The translations under genes were made by a program, and so were the position numbers. Below the pieces are notes generated by a model that had not been told where the DNA came from, ran no database searches, and saw only the letters and a program-made list of their open reading frames with translations. DNA of 64,000 nt from Octopus vulgaris. Its lineage: Eukaryota. Positions 1 to 14,273 of this stretch are shown here, in pieces. The DNA lies in the NCBI GenBank assembly GCA_951406725.2, contig OX597831.1:24056001-24120000 (forward strand), in the 5' to 3' direction. The first letter of the stretch is position 1. Each line of letters starts with the position of its first letter.

Positions 1-98
1 GTATGCCATTATTATTTTCTGAAACAAAGAGTATATAGAGGTAGGAAAAAATGCAGCAATGATCATAAAAGAAGTATGTCCTTAAATACCTTACGTAT

Positions 99-452
<354 letters not shown>

Positions 453-831
453 AAAACAAATGATAGAGATGGAAGATGGAGTACACGGGACACCTTATTG
501 TTCACAACGATTGTTCAGACACATCCCGTATTGATCCCTTGTGGGTGGAAACCGTACAACTGGTTGTGGTGCATCCCTTGGTGCATAAGCACCTCATCAG
601 GTGACACAATAAGAGGTATATTGTTAGATGGTATCTCTGCTTAAACAGAGTTCATTTAATGAAATACCTTTAATTACATCACCTGACGAGGCGCTTATGC
701 ACCAAGGGACGCACCACAATCAGTTGTATGGTTTCCCACCCATGAGGGATTGATGCAGGATGCGTTGAAATGATCTTTGTGAGCAATAATGTTTCCCATG
801 TATCCTATCTTCTGTCTCTATCACTTGTTTA
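453..831. mobile_element. Fold-back element with ~165-bp inverted arms, probably PLE pseudo-LTR-derived
   Basis: 453-620 is the reverse complement of 664-831 (e.g. CCCTTGGTGCATAAGCACCTCATCAGGTGA vs TCACCTGACGAGGCGCTTATGCACCAAGGG). It abuts (TA)n and each arm has a hammerhead-like core. Confidence 0.75.
679..782 (+). ncRNA. Hammerhead-ribozyme-like motif (type I topology) with long stem II insert
   Basis: TCAC-CTGACGA-GGCGC...GCGTT-GAAA-TGATCT-TT-GTGA. The opposite arm reads TCAC-CTGATGA-GGTGC...GTGTC-TGAA-CAATCG-TT-GTGA on the minus strand. Confidence 0.5.
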
Positions 832-1000
832 ATACTCAACGTAGACTGAAGAATTTCTGTGGTAGATCCAGCAACAATTGTGTAATAACTGTGGATGACA
901 TCAGGTATCCATATGCAGTGAACGTGCTTTATCAGCGTACTACTAGGAACATATCCAACACTTAAACATTAACACACACACACACATATATATATAAGCA

Positions 1001-1301
1001 TGGAGGCACAATGGTCCTGTGGTTAGGGCAGTGGACACATGCTCATAGGAACACAGTTTCGAATTCCAGATTGGGCGTTGTGAGTGTTTATTGAGCGAAA
1101 ACACCTAAGCTCCATGAGGCTCCAGCAGGGGGTAGTGGCGATCCCTGCTCTACTCTGTTGCCACAACTTTGTCTCCCTCTTTCCTCTGTTTGCCTGCTCG
1201 CTTAGCCAGTAGGGTGGCATCATTTGAAGGCTAAAAGATGCAAAGCGCATTGTGACCAGCGATGTGTAGCAACATCTGATAGCCTGGTTGGTCACGGTGA
1301 T
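1001..1301 (+). mobile_element. tRNA-derived SINE, family A
   Basis: GGAGGCACAATGG..GTGGTTAGGGC A-box head and GTTTCGAATTCC B-box. Head and body match the copy at 35563. Confidence 0.8.
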
Positions 1302-2152
1302 ACATATATATATATATATGCATGCAATGATATATACATGAATATACAAGTGTGTGTGTGTGTATGTTTGTGTATGTGCATGCACATATATGTATAATGT
1401 GCATACACATATATGTATAATGACTTTTAGTTGAAGATACACTTGATATTCACTTGACTGGTTTCATAATTTTATGATATTTCTATAATAGTGTGATATG
1501 GAGGGAGATAGAACTTTGCCATAACTGTCTTATCTCCAACTGGAGTTTTGAAAATATTCTCTTTTATCTGGAGAGATGATGCGTCTAATTGAGGTTTTCA
1601 GTAAAATAATGCTGAGATGACAACAGCTTGATAAACTATCAGTTTCATTTTGAGTTGTTAGAACTTTTTTCTCAGCTGTTTTCCAAATACTGACTGGATC
1701 AATCCGCTTACATTCCACATCCATTTCAGAAGTACATTTGTTGGAAATAAGGCTTTGAAGTTAGGGAAAAATGACAAATTACTCAAGCAATTGTATCAGA
1801 GACAGAAATGAAAGATTTCCCTTTGGAGCTGATTGGATGACGACTTTTGTCTTCTTGACATTCATTGTGAAGCTGATGCCATCATATGCACCGTTGACTC
1901 AGTGGCATAAAGTGGTTGGAATACCCAAAATGTCAAAGAAGCATCTACATGGCATCGCTTTGCAGACAGTAAGAAAAAACATTTCCAGGTCAACTTTCAT
2001 TGATCAGCTGTAAGTGAATTAAATATTAGTATTTTGTAGATACATGACACATATGAAAGGATTCCGTTTTTCCTCTGCATTTAATTTGCAGTTGTCATGC
2101 ACTCAAAAATTATGCTTATTGTACATGAGACACTGAAACACAAACAGTCATA

Positions 2153-2407
2153 TGACTGGATGTTGCGCTGTGTTCTTGAGCAAAACACTTCATTTCACGA
2201 TGCTCTGCAATCATTTCAACATCTGACATGTGGCACTTGTTTCACCTGATGCACCTGTACAGGTAATGTCGATCTGATGGAGGGAGTGAGCTTATTGTAC
2301 TTATGTGTACACAAACATTTGATCACTATAAACAAATCCTCTGTATGATTGTTCAGTGAGAAATTGTCATACCCTCATATGTCATCTAATGACGGAAGAG
2401 CCTGTCA
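2153..2407 (+). mobile_element. 5'-truncated SINE, family C
   Basis: TGTGTTCTTGAGCAAAACACTTCATTTCAC core shared with other SINEs here. The tail (AAACATTTGATCACTATAAACAAAT...) matches the minus-strand copy at 42190-42488. Confidence 0.6.
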
Positions 2408-2909
2408 TATATATACAATAATCACTCATCACATCGTGGTTCACCTATCAATCCCTCAGTACATCACGGATTTTTCTGGCTAATATATGTGAAGGAATAT
2501 CATGGATTCCTCAGGATATCATGAGTTTCTGCTGCCAATTGGTATTCATATTAATTTTCATTTTAATTACTTCTGTGGTAAAATAAAGATTGCCACACCT
2601 AAAAATTAATAAATAAAAATGCAGTACAGTACTGCACTGTAACACATTAATTAAAATATATTAAGAGAAAATTCATAGTTTATTGTAGATCAGTAAAAAT
2701 AGAATCTCACATCCTGTATGGAAAACGAAACTCCTAAGTGCGTGGGGAGAATTTATAAAAAGCTTAAATATATATCAAGATAATAAAATAAATATATACA
2801 AATTATAAAAATAACAAAAAAAATATAGAGTACAGCATTGTTACTACTTTGAGGATTTTCACCTATAGCAGGGGTTTTTGAAACATAACACAATATTGAG
2901 GGATTATTG

Positions 2910-2966
<57 letters not shown>

Positions 2967-2971
<5 letters not shown>

Positions 2972-3172
2972 ATCCAAACAAGAAAGCACAAAAAAACAGA
3001 ACAACGCGAGGATGTGGAACAAATATAGTATTATTGGATGCTCAGGAAAGAAGGTAAGAAGGAGGGTTTAGCGTTTCGAGCGGAGCTCTTTGTCGGAAAC
3101 ATAGAAGAAGGAAAGATCCAGAGAAGGGAAGACAGAAGAAAAAAAAATCGCCAACGGTACACATGCGGTCAC

Positions 3173-3175
<3 letters not shown>
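2967..3175 (-). mobile_element. Solo PLE pseudo-LTR-like insert in (TA)n with hammerhead-like motif
   Basis: Flanked by (TA)n on both sides and highly similar to 46930-47130. Minus strand reads GTTT-CCGACAA-A-GAGC-TCC-GCTC-GAAA-CG-CT-AAAC. Confidence 0.7.
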
Positions 3176-3221
<46 letters not shown>

Positions 3222-3269
3222 TATATATATAAAGATATTATTATATATAAATAGAGATATTGTTATTAT

Positions 3270-3598
3270 CATGGCTCAATGGTTAGAGCATCGGGCTTAC
3301 GATTCTGAGGTTGTGATTTCGAATCCCGGACTGGGCTGTGTCTTGCATTCTTGAGCAAGACACCTTATTTCATGTTGCTCCAGTTCACTCAGCTGTAGAA
3401 ATGAGTTGCGACATCACTGTTGCCAAGCTGTATCGGCCCTTGCCTTTCTCCTGGATAATATCGGTGGCATGGTGAGTAGAGGCTGGTATGCATGGGCAAC
3501 TGCTGGTCTTCCATAAAAACAAACTTGCCCAGACTTGTGCCTGAGAGGGTAACTTTCTATATGTAACCCCATGGTCAGTCATGACCGAAAGGGGACTC
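3270..3598 (+). mobile_element. tRNA-derived SINE, family B
   Basis: TGGCTCAATGGTTAGAGC A-box and TTCGAATCCC B-box. Four further copies in the window (7580, 19661, 22151, 41705). Confidence 0.88.
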
Positions 3599-3934
3599 AG
3601 AAATTATTATTATTATTATTATTATTATTACTAATAAATAATATCAACGGTAATGTTGGTGGCCAGCAAGCATTAAAGCCAAAAAGGCAAATTTATAAAT
3701 TTAAAATCAATTATTAATTATAATTAAGGGTACACAAAGTACCAGCGTTGCTAGAAGTAAGAGTTCAAAAATACTCAAATAAGCCACTATTTCATTTAAA
3801 TATAACAGGCTGATGAAAACGAGGGACAAGTAAAAGTTTAACTTACCATTGAGGCTGAAAGTGGCAAATAAGGATCACATTTGATTTGAAACTTTGAGAT
3901 ATTTCGAGGTTTGAACTTTGAAAGGGATATACCT

Positions 3935-3936
3935 AT

Positions 3937-3973
<37 letters not shown>

Positions 3974-4425
3974 CACATAGATACATATATGCATTCTTGC
4001 ATACATACATACATACATACATGTATGTGTGTATGTATTCATCTATGCATATATATATGTATATACACACACACACACAGGTGTGTATATCTGAATATGC
4101 AACTATATGTGCATATAGCTTGTTCATGCATGCATACATACATACAGGCATGCATGCGTATATGTATGCCTGCATCTATGTATGCATATATGCATGCATG
4201 TATGCATGTATGTATGTATATATGTATGTATATATGTAGGCATGCATGCATGTATGTATGTATATATGTATGTATATATGTATGTATGTATGTATGTGTG
4301 TACGTATGTATGTGTATACGTATGTATGTATGTATGTATGTATGTATGTATGTGTGTATGTGTGTATGTATGTGTATATGTCTGTATGTATGTATGCATG
4401 TATGTATGTATGTATGTGTGTACGT
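3935..4425. repeat. (CA)n/(TATG)n compound microsatellite
   Basis: Alternating purine-pyrimidine tract dominated by TATG/CATG units. Confidence 0.9.
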
Positions 4426-4758
4426 TACGTTACGTGACATTATGCAGCAGCATCAGAGAAAGTGAAGGAGTGAAAGATTTTTGCACGCAAACATAGTTAC
4501 GTTCCTGGATATATATATTTTTTTTTCTTACAGTAGTCCTGTTAAAACGGCGACTTAATCAAGGGGAATAACTCTATATGACAAATTAATAATATCGTTA
4601 TAGAAATATATATATTCTTAGAGAACTTAATTTTCGTAATGGGTACAGTTTTAAAATATCTAACTGATTGCAGGATATTATTGAAATGATTCTTGTTTAT
4701 GCTATAATACCTTCCGAACCAGAACCTATCAGGTTTTGCCCTTCACTCACCAACCGTG

Positions 4759-5320
<562 letters not shown>

Positions 5321-6002
5321 TATGGATCTTCTGTTATGTCTGATGCTGGCTTTTGAACAAAGTTATTTTAATAATCAAAAATATTTCTGCTGCATTACAT
5401 TTGCAATCACAGTTGTACCAAAGTTGTTCCTCCTGTTCAAAAATATCTGTTTTATTATTATCATTTTTTTTTTTTGTATTATTATTTTAGAAGGTGAAAT
5501 CCTTTTGAGGTAATGAATAGATTCACAAACTATACAGTAAAGTATTAGCAGCGTATTTCAGTGTACCCTGGCATCGCAGATTTAATTCATGTTCTGTTTA
5601 ACACAGCCACCTGGACTTTGGATGCCTTCAACGGAGTCCTTGTAGTTATGTACTTTCAAACATGAGAATAACTTCCTCCCTTTCTGCCACCATTTTTGCT
5701 GGTGTAGGGAAGAGCCATTGGTTCTTATCATAGGAAGGATGGAAAATTTTGAATTGCATAAAGAATGGCAACTCACATGGCAACCTGTGAGTTACCACTC
5801 CTCCCTTAACCTACCATCATCATTGACATTTTAACATCCATTTTCCTATGATGGACATGTCCAGTTATGACTACCACATGATTTTAAGGCAAAGGAACAG
5901 TAATGCAAGAACACACACATACACAACATGTTCATGCACACACCTAAACACACACAGATGTATACACACACACACACATATATATACACACATATATACA
6001 TG

Positions 6003-6041
<39 letters not shown>

Positions 6042-6813
6042 ATATGTACATGTGTGTGTATATATTTTTCCCTATAAGTTTGGAATAATATTCCCTCATA
6101 TTATATATATATACATATGTAAACACACACACACTCACAGCCCTGATGGGTTTCTTTCAGTATCATCTTCCAAATCCCACTCATAAAATCTTTGGTCCTT
6201 AGGTAAGCCTGAGGCTATAGCAGAATACACTAGAGCAAGATACTATGCAGTGGAATTTGAACTCAGACACATGTGGTTAGAAATTAAACTTCTTACCACA
6301 CAGCCATGTCTACACCTATACCATATTTGAATTCATTTTATCTACAAATTATGAACGAAAGTTAAGGTTGATTGCAGCAGATATGTAATCCAGAAAACAA
6401 TAATATATAACTAAAAACATTAAAGCTTTTTTAAGTTGAAAGTCTGTAGGTTTGCATATTTCTTTGCCTTCCTAAGTCAGTCACAATTATAATATTTGGC
6501 AAAGGGAGAAAATACTGTGAATCCACTGAACCTAAATATAATATTGGTATATCAACATTTTATTAGCCAGGTACAAAGAATGATGAAGAATCCTGTTGGT
6601 CTCTCACTAAATTTGAAATCTCACTGGAAGCATTAAAAGAGGGTTAGGCAGAGGCTTATTTACAAGGCTAGTTTTGTTTCCTTATATTCTGAGTATGAAT
6701 CCTGCCAGGATTAAACTTGCCTTCACCATTTAGGGGTTGATGGAATAATTTCCATGAACTTTACACCAGGTCAAAAGTCACACACCAAAGCATTTGACAT
6801 TTCATGCATATCA

Positions 6814-6859
<46 letters not shown>

Positions 6860-6861
<2 letters not shown>

Positions 6862-7065
6862 GGCAGCAAGCTGGTAGACTCGTTAAGATGCTGGGTGAAA
6901 TGTTTTATCAGTATTTCATCTGTCTGAGTTCAAATTCTGCTGAGGTTGACTTAACCTTTCATTTTTTCGGGGTTAATAAATTAAGTACCAGTTGTGTACT
7001 GGACTCAATCTAATCAAGTGGCCCCTCCCACAAAATTTCAGGCCTTGTACCTATAGTAGAAAAGA
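6860..7065 (+). mobile_element. Nin/Deu-domain tRNA-derived SINE (family E), diverged
   Basis: AGGCAGCAAGCTGG head, GAGTTCAAATTC B-box, CCTTTCATTTTTTCGGGGTTAATAAATTAAGTACC Nin-like core. A second diverged copy lies at ~7227-7450. Confidence 0.75.
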
Positions 7066-7105
7066 TTATTATTATTTATTATTTTTATTAGTAGTAGCAG
7101 CAGCG

Positions 7106-7223
<118 letters not shown>

Positions 7224-7579
7224 AAGTGAGGTAGCAAGCTAACTGAATCATTAACACGTTTGGTAAAATGCTTAGCAGCATTTCATTCATGATGTTCCTA
7301 GTTCAAATTCTGGTGAGGTCAACTTTGCCTTTCAGCCTTTCAGGGTCATTAAAATAAGTACCAGTTAAGCATTTGGGGGGGGGGGGAGGAGGACATAATC
7401 AACTTCCCCCTCTTCCAATATTGCTGGTCTTCTGCTCAAATTTTGGATCCATTATTCCTTTTATTCCTCATGTAGAAGTACACGTGTATTCATCATTATT
7501 TTTTGAAGTATGTCTTTGATAATTCCGGAGCATATTGAACTTATTTTGTGCATTATTTTTGGTCCACCCTGTACATTAG

Positions 7580-7914
7580 GAGACCCCCTTCACTCATGAC
7601 TGACCATGGGATTGCACCTAGAAAGTTACTATCTGAGGCACAAGTGCGGGCAAGGTTGTTTCTGGAAGGCTAACAGTCACCCATACATACCAGCCTCTCC
7701 TCTCCACACCACTGATGTTATCCAAGGGAAAGGCAAAGGTCGATACAGCTTGGTACCAGTGATGTCGCGACTCATTTCTGCAGCTGAGTTAACTGGAGCG
7801 ACATGAAATAAAGTGTCTTGCTCAAGAACACAACACGCCAGCCAGTCCAGAAATTGAATTCACATCCTCATGATTATAAGCTCGACGCTCAAACCACTGA
7901 GCCATGTGCCTTCG
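7580..7914 (-). mobile_element. SINE family B with 13-bp TSD
   Basis: Reverse complement of 3270-3598, flanked by the direct repeat CCCTGTACATTAG (7567-7579, 7915-7927). Confidence 0.9.
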
Positions 7915-9516
7915 CCCTGTACATTAGTACATAAAGAATACATCTGTTGCACACTAGATTAAGTTCAAACCATCTGTATTCACCCTTCCTATGTATGTTT
8001 TTTATCTGTAAACATTGACATACAAATATTTCAGCTAGGCATTAACTTCACTGATCTCACCAATGCCAGAGATGTTCCTACAGGGAGCTAACATGCTAGA
8101 AATAGCAGCTAAATTTCCCTCAGATCACATCCTGCCTCTCAACCATTTAAGAAAAGGCAAGATCAGCTAATGTGATCCTGTATTTCTTGTACACAGGGAA
8201 CAGATGAGATCGTGGGACGATTACAGGTGAAATAGCTTTCATCGCAGGTTTACTTAATCAGAGCTGACCACGGGCTAAGCAACAACCACAGCATATATGT
8301 TTCTATATGCTTCTATAAGATCACCCGGCATGCTAGAAATAGCAACACCTTTCCCTCAAATTTACACCTTACCATTCTTACTATACAATGGATCCATTGG
8401 ATATTATCTAAAAAAACAAAACAGCAAAAAAATAAAATCAAGATGGTCATAACCTGAATTTTTTCAATCATTAATCTCTTTTATTATGGTTGACCTGGGG
8501 TTAAACAAAGGTGACCAGTAAGGGAATTTGGCCATAGTACATCCCCCTGCATCTTTTCTGACTATCATAAAAAAAGTTATTTCTTTCACAATACCCTTAG
8601 AGAATTCTACTGCGAGGACTATGTTCACTGCATTAAAAGCATGATAAATCATTAAAAGCATGACAGCTATACATTAAATACACGAAAAACATCAATTTAT
8701 ATAATAGACTTCCTGGTTATATAGAAACACGAAATCTTCAGCCCATGGCTAAGGCGTACAAGGGAAGTAATTCATCTTACAAATATTACTTTTTATTTTT
8801 CTTTTCAAAGGGAGGCAATTTAGTCTCCTTGAAAATCTCTTTACTGACAGGTCATTTCATGCATGATTCGCTTTAGATAAAGACTGGGAGAAGTAACCAA
8901 AAAGAATTAATGACTGACAGACTGAATTCATAAAGCGAAATTTGAGAGTAATGACCACGAGTTGAGAAATGTGGTGGGAGAGTAATGAATCCAAGCCTTG
9001 AAGAAAGAGCTTGGTTGAGTAGATGAGAAGTTGGTGGGGGCACTTAGTAGAAATAAAATAACTTAATAATAATCCCTTGTGATGCGGATGTTCATCCCTC
9101 CAGGTCCCAGGTTCAATATCAGTTAAATACTATGAGATATTTAGTTAAAGATTTTTTTCTTGCTTTTTTTAAATTTTATTTTTTCAATTTCATATTGCTG
9201 CGTGTTATTTCCCTGTAATAATAAAGTTATTCTTTCATCATCATCATCATCATCACCATAATCATCACCATATCACCATCATCATCACCATTTGTGAATC
9301 ATAATCATCATCATTTGTCAATTTTCCGTATAGCGTGGGTTGGAAAGATCAACAAAGTCTGAGTCAGTTTTCATTCGGCATTACTACTCCCTCTCTTGAG
9401 CAAGACAGAGGCCCCCTTCTTACCTGAATATTCCATTTTTTGGCATATAATAAATTTTTTTTAAAAACCAATAGGGCTAATAGTAGTTTGTATCATTTAC
9501 TGATTTGTGCACAAGA

Positions 9517-9555
<39 letters not shown>

Positions 9556-9659
9556 CAGGTGGGTGAAAATTATTAAAATATGACGAAAATATTGTACATC
9601 CAAAATTCTTGATAATTAATTACTAAAATTGGCAAGGCACTGTCTTGTAGAATTTGCAG

Positions 9660-9835
9660 CGAGAGAGAGGGGGAGAAATAAAGAGGGAGAGAAAGAGAGG
9701 GGGGAGAAAGAGAGGGGAGAAAGAGAGAGAGAGAGGAGGAGATATATATGGAGAGAAAGAGAGAGATAGAAAGAGAGAAAGGAAAAGGGGGGGAGAGAAA
9801 TAGATAGACAGACAGACAGAATGAGAGAGAGACGG
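9660..9835. repeat. GA-rich low-complexity tract
   Basis: (GA)n/GGGGAGAAA units followed by (GACA)n. Confidence 0.85.
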
Positions 9836-10119
9836 GTGAAATAAATTGAAGAATATAGTCAGGACTTTAGTAGATTCTGAATTTTGTTCCCAACAGAGGT
9901 AAATCAAACAATTCTGAATTGATAGGTATCTATCAGATATTGGAACTGTAACCTCATAGAAATTTTATTTATGCTGCTATCAGTCTCATTAGCTATGGCT
10001 TTATAATTAATTCCACTACCAAAATATGGAAAGAAGATATTCAGGATTCAGTATAAACTGAATGGGATAAATAGGTAATTCTGTATCTATGTACAGGTGC
10101 AGTGCAAGCTTGGGCGGGT

Positions 10120-10285
10120 GGAAAGAGGATTGTTTCCTAAGCGTGTGCTTTTGGGTTCATTCTCACTCCATGGCATCATGAACAGGTGTGTTTATTTATA
10201 GCTTTGAACTGACCAGGGCCTTGTGTTGTGAGTGGATGTGGTAAATATAAAGTGAAAGAAGCCCATTATATAAACATATATACAT

Positions 10286-10333
<48 letters not shown>

Positions 10334-10657
10334 TCTATTCTATTCTATTATATTATCTTATAATCTATCATTATAAGATTGTAAATAAAACATGAAAATC
10401 AGACAAGGTTGGAATTCCTTTTATTAATATATATATATATATATATACACATATATACACATGCAGTTGTCACCAATCTAGTATGGCAGTCCACAGGTTC
10501 GTGTGTCATACAGCTAACTACAGGCGATGGCCTTTTTGAAGCTAATCAACGGCAGCTTTCGTCCTATATTTATGGACTGCCATATTAGCTTGGCGATAAC
10601 TGTTAATATCCAGTACCGCTGCCGTAGCCTCCTTTAGAGAGACTTTAGAAATAATAA

Positions 10658-10700
<43 letters not shown>

Positions 10701-11000
10701 GTATGTATATATGTGTGTGTTTGCATATGTATAAATATGTGTATGTGTGTATGTTTAAGTGTGTATTTTAGCTGTGTTTGTCTCCCACCATCACTTGATA
10801 ACTGGTGTTACTTTGTTTATACCCCTGTAACTTAATGGCTCAGCAAAAGGAAACTCATAGAATAAGTACCAGGCTCATAAGAAAAAAAAATTAATTTTGA
10901 AGTTCTGGGGTCAATTTGTTCACCTGAACCCTTCGAGGTAGTGCTTCAGCATGGCCACAGTCCAGATGATTGAAACAAGTAAATGATGAAAGATAAAAGG
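10120..11000 (+). mobile_element. SINE family D, diverged, with nested inserts in its internal (TA)n
   Basis: 5' half at 10120-10265 and 3' half at 10770-11000 match family D. The intervening TA tract holds a pLTR-like 3' end (10330-10430) and a fold-back element (10464-10660). Confidence 0.7.
10464..10602. repeat. Fold-back element with 30-bp inverted arms
   Basis: CAGTTGTCACCAATCTAGTATGGCAGTCCA (10464-10493) vs TGGACTGCCATATTAGCTTGGCGATAACTG (10573-10602), 4 mismatches. Confidence 0.8.
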
Positions 11001-11232
11001 CTTGCTAATGTAAAAATAAGTAAATTGATAGTTTAGAATCAGGGGTACTCATCCATAATGAATTGGCCCCGAGCTCGGTCCCAATATATGGCATCTACTA
11101 CAGCCTCGGTTTGACCAAAGCCTTGCGAATGGATCTGATGGATGGAAACTGAAAGAAGCCTTCCTCTGTGTGTGTGGTTGCATCTCCATAACTTAGCAGT
11201 TCAGCTAAAAAGTTCAATAAAATAAGTTCCAG

Positions 11233-11778
<546 letters not shown>

Positions 11779-12024
11779 ATAATTATGATAAGGGCACTAA
11801 TGAGTAGCACCACATGCTAGAAATAGATGCTACATGACTGTAAGAACCACATTACTTACCCCTTTAGCATTTCCTGGAAGGAAGGGAAGTTAACAAAGAA
11901 GATTTTTTGTTTTAAAAAAAGGGTTTAACTATAGATCGATTTCTAGTTTACAGATATAAACCCCTTTACTGTCATCAGTATAATATAACTCATTGTACAT
12001 AATTATAAACGTTTATACAATTGA

Positions 12025-12413
12025 TAAGTAGCTTGCTTCCCAACCACATGGTTGCGGGTTCAGTCCCACTGTGTGGCACCCTGGGCAAGAGTCTCCTACT
12101 ATAGCCTTGGGCCTACCAGAGCCTTGTGAGTGGATTTAGTAGATAGAAACTGAAAGAAGCCCATCATCTGTGTGTGTGTGTGTGTGTATGTGTGTCTGTG
12201 TGTGTATCTTTGTGTGTCCATGTTTGTCCTCCCCACTATTGCTTGACAACTGATGCTGGTGTTTTTACGTATCCGTAACTTAGTAGTTCGGCAAAAGGGA
12301 CTGGTAGAATAAGTACTAGGCTTACAAAGAATAAGTCCTGGGGTTGATTTGTTCGACTAAAGGCGGTGCTCCAGCATGGCCACAGTCAAATGACTCAAAC
12401 AAATGAAAGAATA
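12025..12413 (+). mobile_element. tRNA-derived SINE, family D (most abundant in the window; internal TA/TG microsatellite)
   Basis: GGTTCAGTCCC B-box head, CTACTATAGCC..GTGAGTGGATTT..GAAACTGAAAGAAGCCC, (TG)n, tail ...CAGCATGGCCACAGTCAAATGACT. Over 20 full or partial copies in the window. Confidence 0.88.
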
Positions 12414-12459
12414 CCCACATGAATATATACACATATATATATCTTTTATGTTAAATTCG

Positions 12460-12638
12460 TTTCGCTTATTAAACTGCAGCCATGCTGGAGCACCACCTGA
12501 AAGAAATTTTAGTTGAATGAATCTGAATGGTAAGTTCAACTATAAGTCTCTTTTGATGAACCACTAAGTTATAGGACATAACCACACTGACACCAGTTGT
12601 AAATTTGTGGTGGGGTTCAGTTATAAAGATGGACAGGG

Positions 12639-12712
<74 letters not shown>

Positions 12713-12872
12713 GATGGGCTTCTTCCGATTTCTGTCTAGCGAATCCACTCACAAGGCTTTGGTCGCCCTGCTGAAGCTATAGTAGGAGGCACTTATCTAA
12801 GGCAATATGCAGTGGGACTGAACCTGGTACCATATGGTTGCAAAGCAGGCTTCTTACCACACAGCCATGCCT
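12460..12872 (-). mobile_element. SINE family D
   Basis: Reverse-complement copy with internal (CA)n. Another copy at ~12900-13525 is interrupted by family E insertions. Confidence 0.8.
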
Positions 12873-13228
12873 ATATTTTATATTTTATCTTTCTTTTCTT
12901 TTACTTGTTTCAGCCATTAGACTGCAGTCCTGTTGGGGTGGGGGCACCTCCATGAAGGGTTTAGTCAAACAAAAGAAACTCATTATTGAAATTTTTTTTT
13001 CTATCTTAATGTGTGGTACTTACTTCATCAGTCTATTTTGCAAAAAACCACTAAGTTTCGGGGATGTAAATAAACCAACACCACTCATCAAGTTGTGATG
13101 GGGGAACAAATCCATATGCAGACACACTCACACAAACACACAAACACACACACATATGACAGGCCTCTTTCAGTTTCCATTACAAAATCCATGACACAAA
13201 GCTTTGGTGACCCAGGTTTATAGCAGAA

Positions 13229-13461
13229 TAAGGCGGCGAGCTGGCAGAAACGTTAGCACGCCGGGCGAAATGTGTAGCCGTATTTCGTCTGCCGTTACAT
13301 TCTGAGTTCAAATTCCACCAAAGTCGACTTTGCCTTTCATCCTTTCGGGGTCGATTAAATAAGTACCAGTTACATAATGGGGTCGATATAATCGACCTAA
13401 TCCATTTGTCTGTCCTTGTTTGTCCCCTCTGTGTTTAGCCCCTTGTGGGTAGTAAAGAAAT
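13229..13461 (+). mobile_element. Nin/Deu-domain SINE (family E) with 15-bp TSD
   Basis: GGCGGCGAGCTGGCAGAA head and GCCTTTCATCCTTTCGGGGTCGATTAAATAAGTACC, resembling the Deu/Nin domain. TSD AGGTTTATAGCAGAA at 13214-13228 and 13462-13476. Confidence 0.9.
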
Positions 13462-13523
13462 AGGTTTATAGCAGAAGACAGTGGAACTGAACCCAGAACC
13501 ATTTGGTTGAGAAACAAGCTTCT

Positions 13524-13755
13524 TATTTCTTAATTGCCCACAAAGGGTTACACATAGAGGGGACAAACAAAGACAGAGAAAGGGATTAAGTCGATTACAT
13601 CGACCCCAGTGCATAACTGGTACTTAATTTATCGATCTCGAAAGGATGAAAGGCAAAGTCGACCTCGGTGGAATTTGAACTCAGAATGTAATGGCAGACG
13701 AAATACCGCTAAGCATTTCGCCCGGTGTGCTAACATTTCTGCCAGCTCACCACCT
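13524..13755 (-). mobile_element. Nin/Deu-domain SINE (family E)
   Basis: Reverse complement of 13229-13461, about 60 bp downstream. Confidence 0.88.
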
Positions 13756-14273
13756 TACTTACCACACAGACACATCTGCACCTATACATATGCACACACA
13801 TACATATATGTACATATATATTTATAAATATGTCTGCATATACACACACACACACACATTCATATAAATTTGAACATGTATACATATATATATTCACATG
13901 CAAACACACACACATCTGTATAGGAATGCACGCATATCCACTGAGATGATATATCTTACAAAACTTCCATCTTTCTTTACATCCACTCACACTATTCCGC
14001 ATATGCCTATACACCCTTCCTTCTTTATGGCTTTTTTACTATTACTTTTTCTGTCATTTACTGTTATGTCCAGTGTACCATGCAGGCATTTATGACTATC
14101 TTTGCTGTCTTTTTTTATCTGAGTTGTTGCATATTTTGTCCCCGCCTTCATCTTGAACTGCTGTGTTGAAATGCACTGCATACAGTAAGCTTATTATTAT
14201 TATTATTATTATTATTATTGTTTTCCTTCCAGAGTCGATAAAATATGTCCCAGTTGAGCACTGGTGTCAATAT

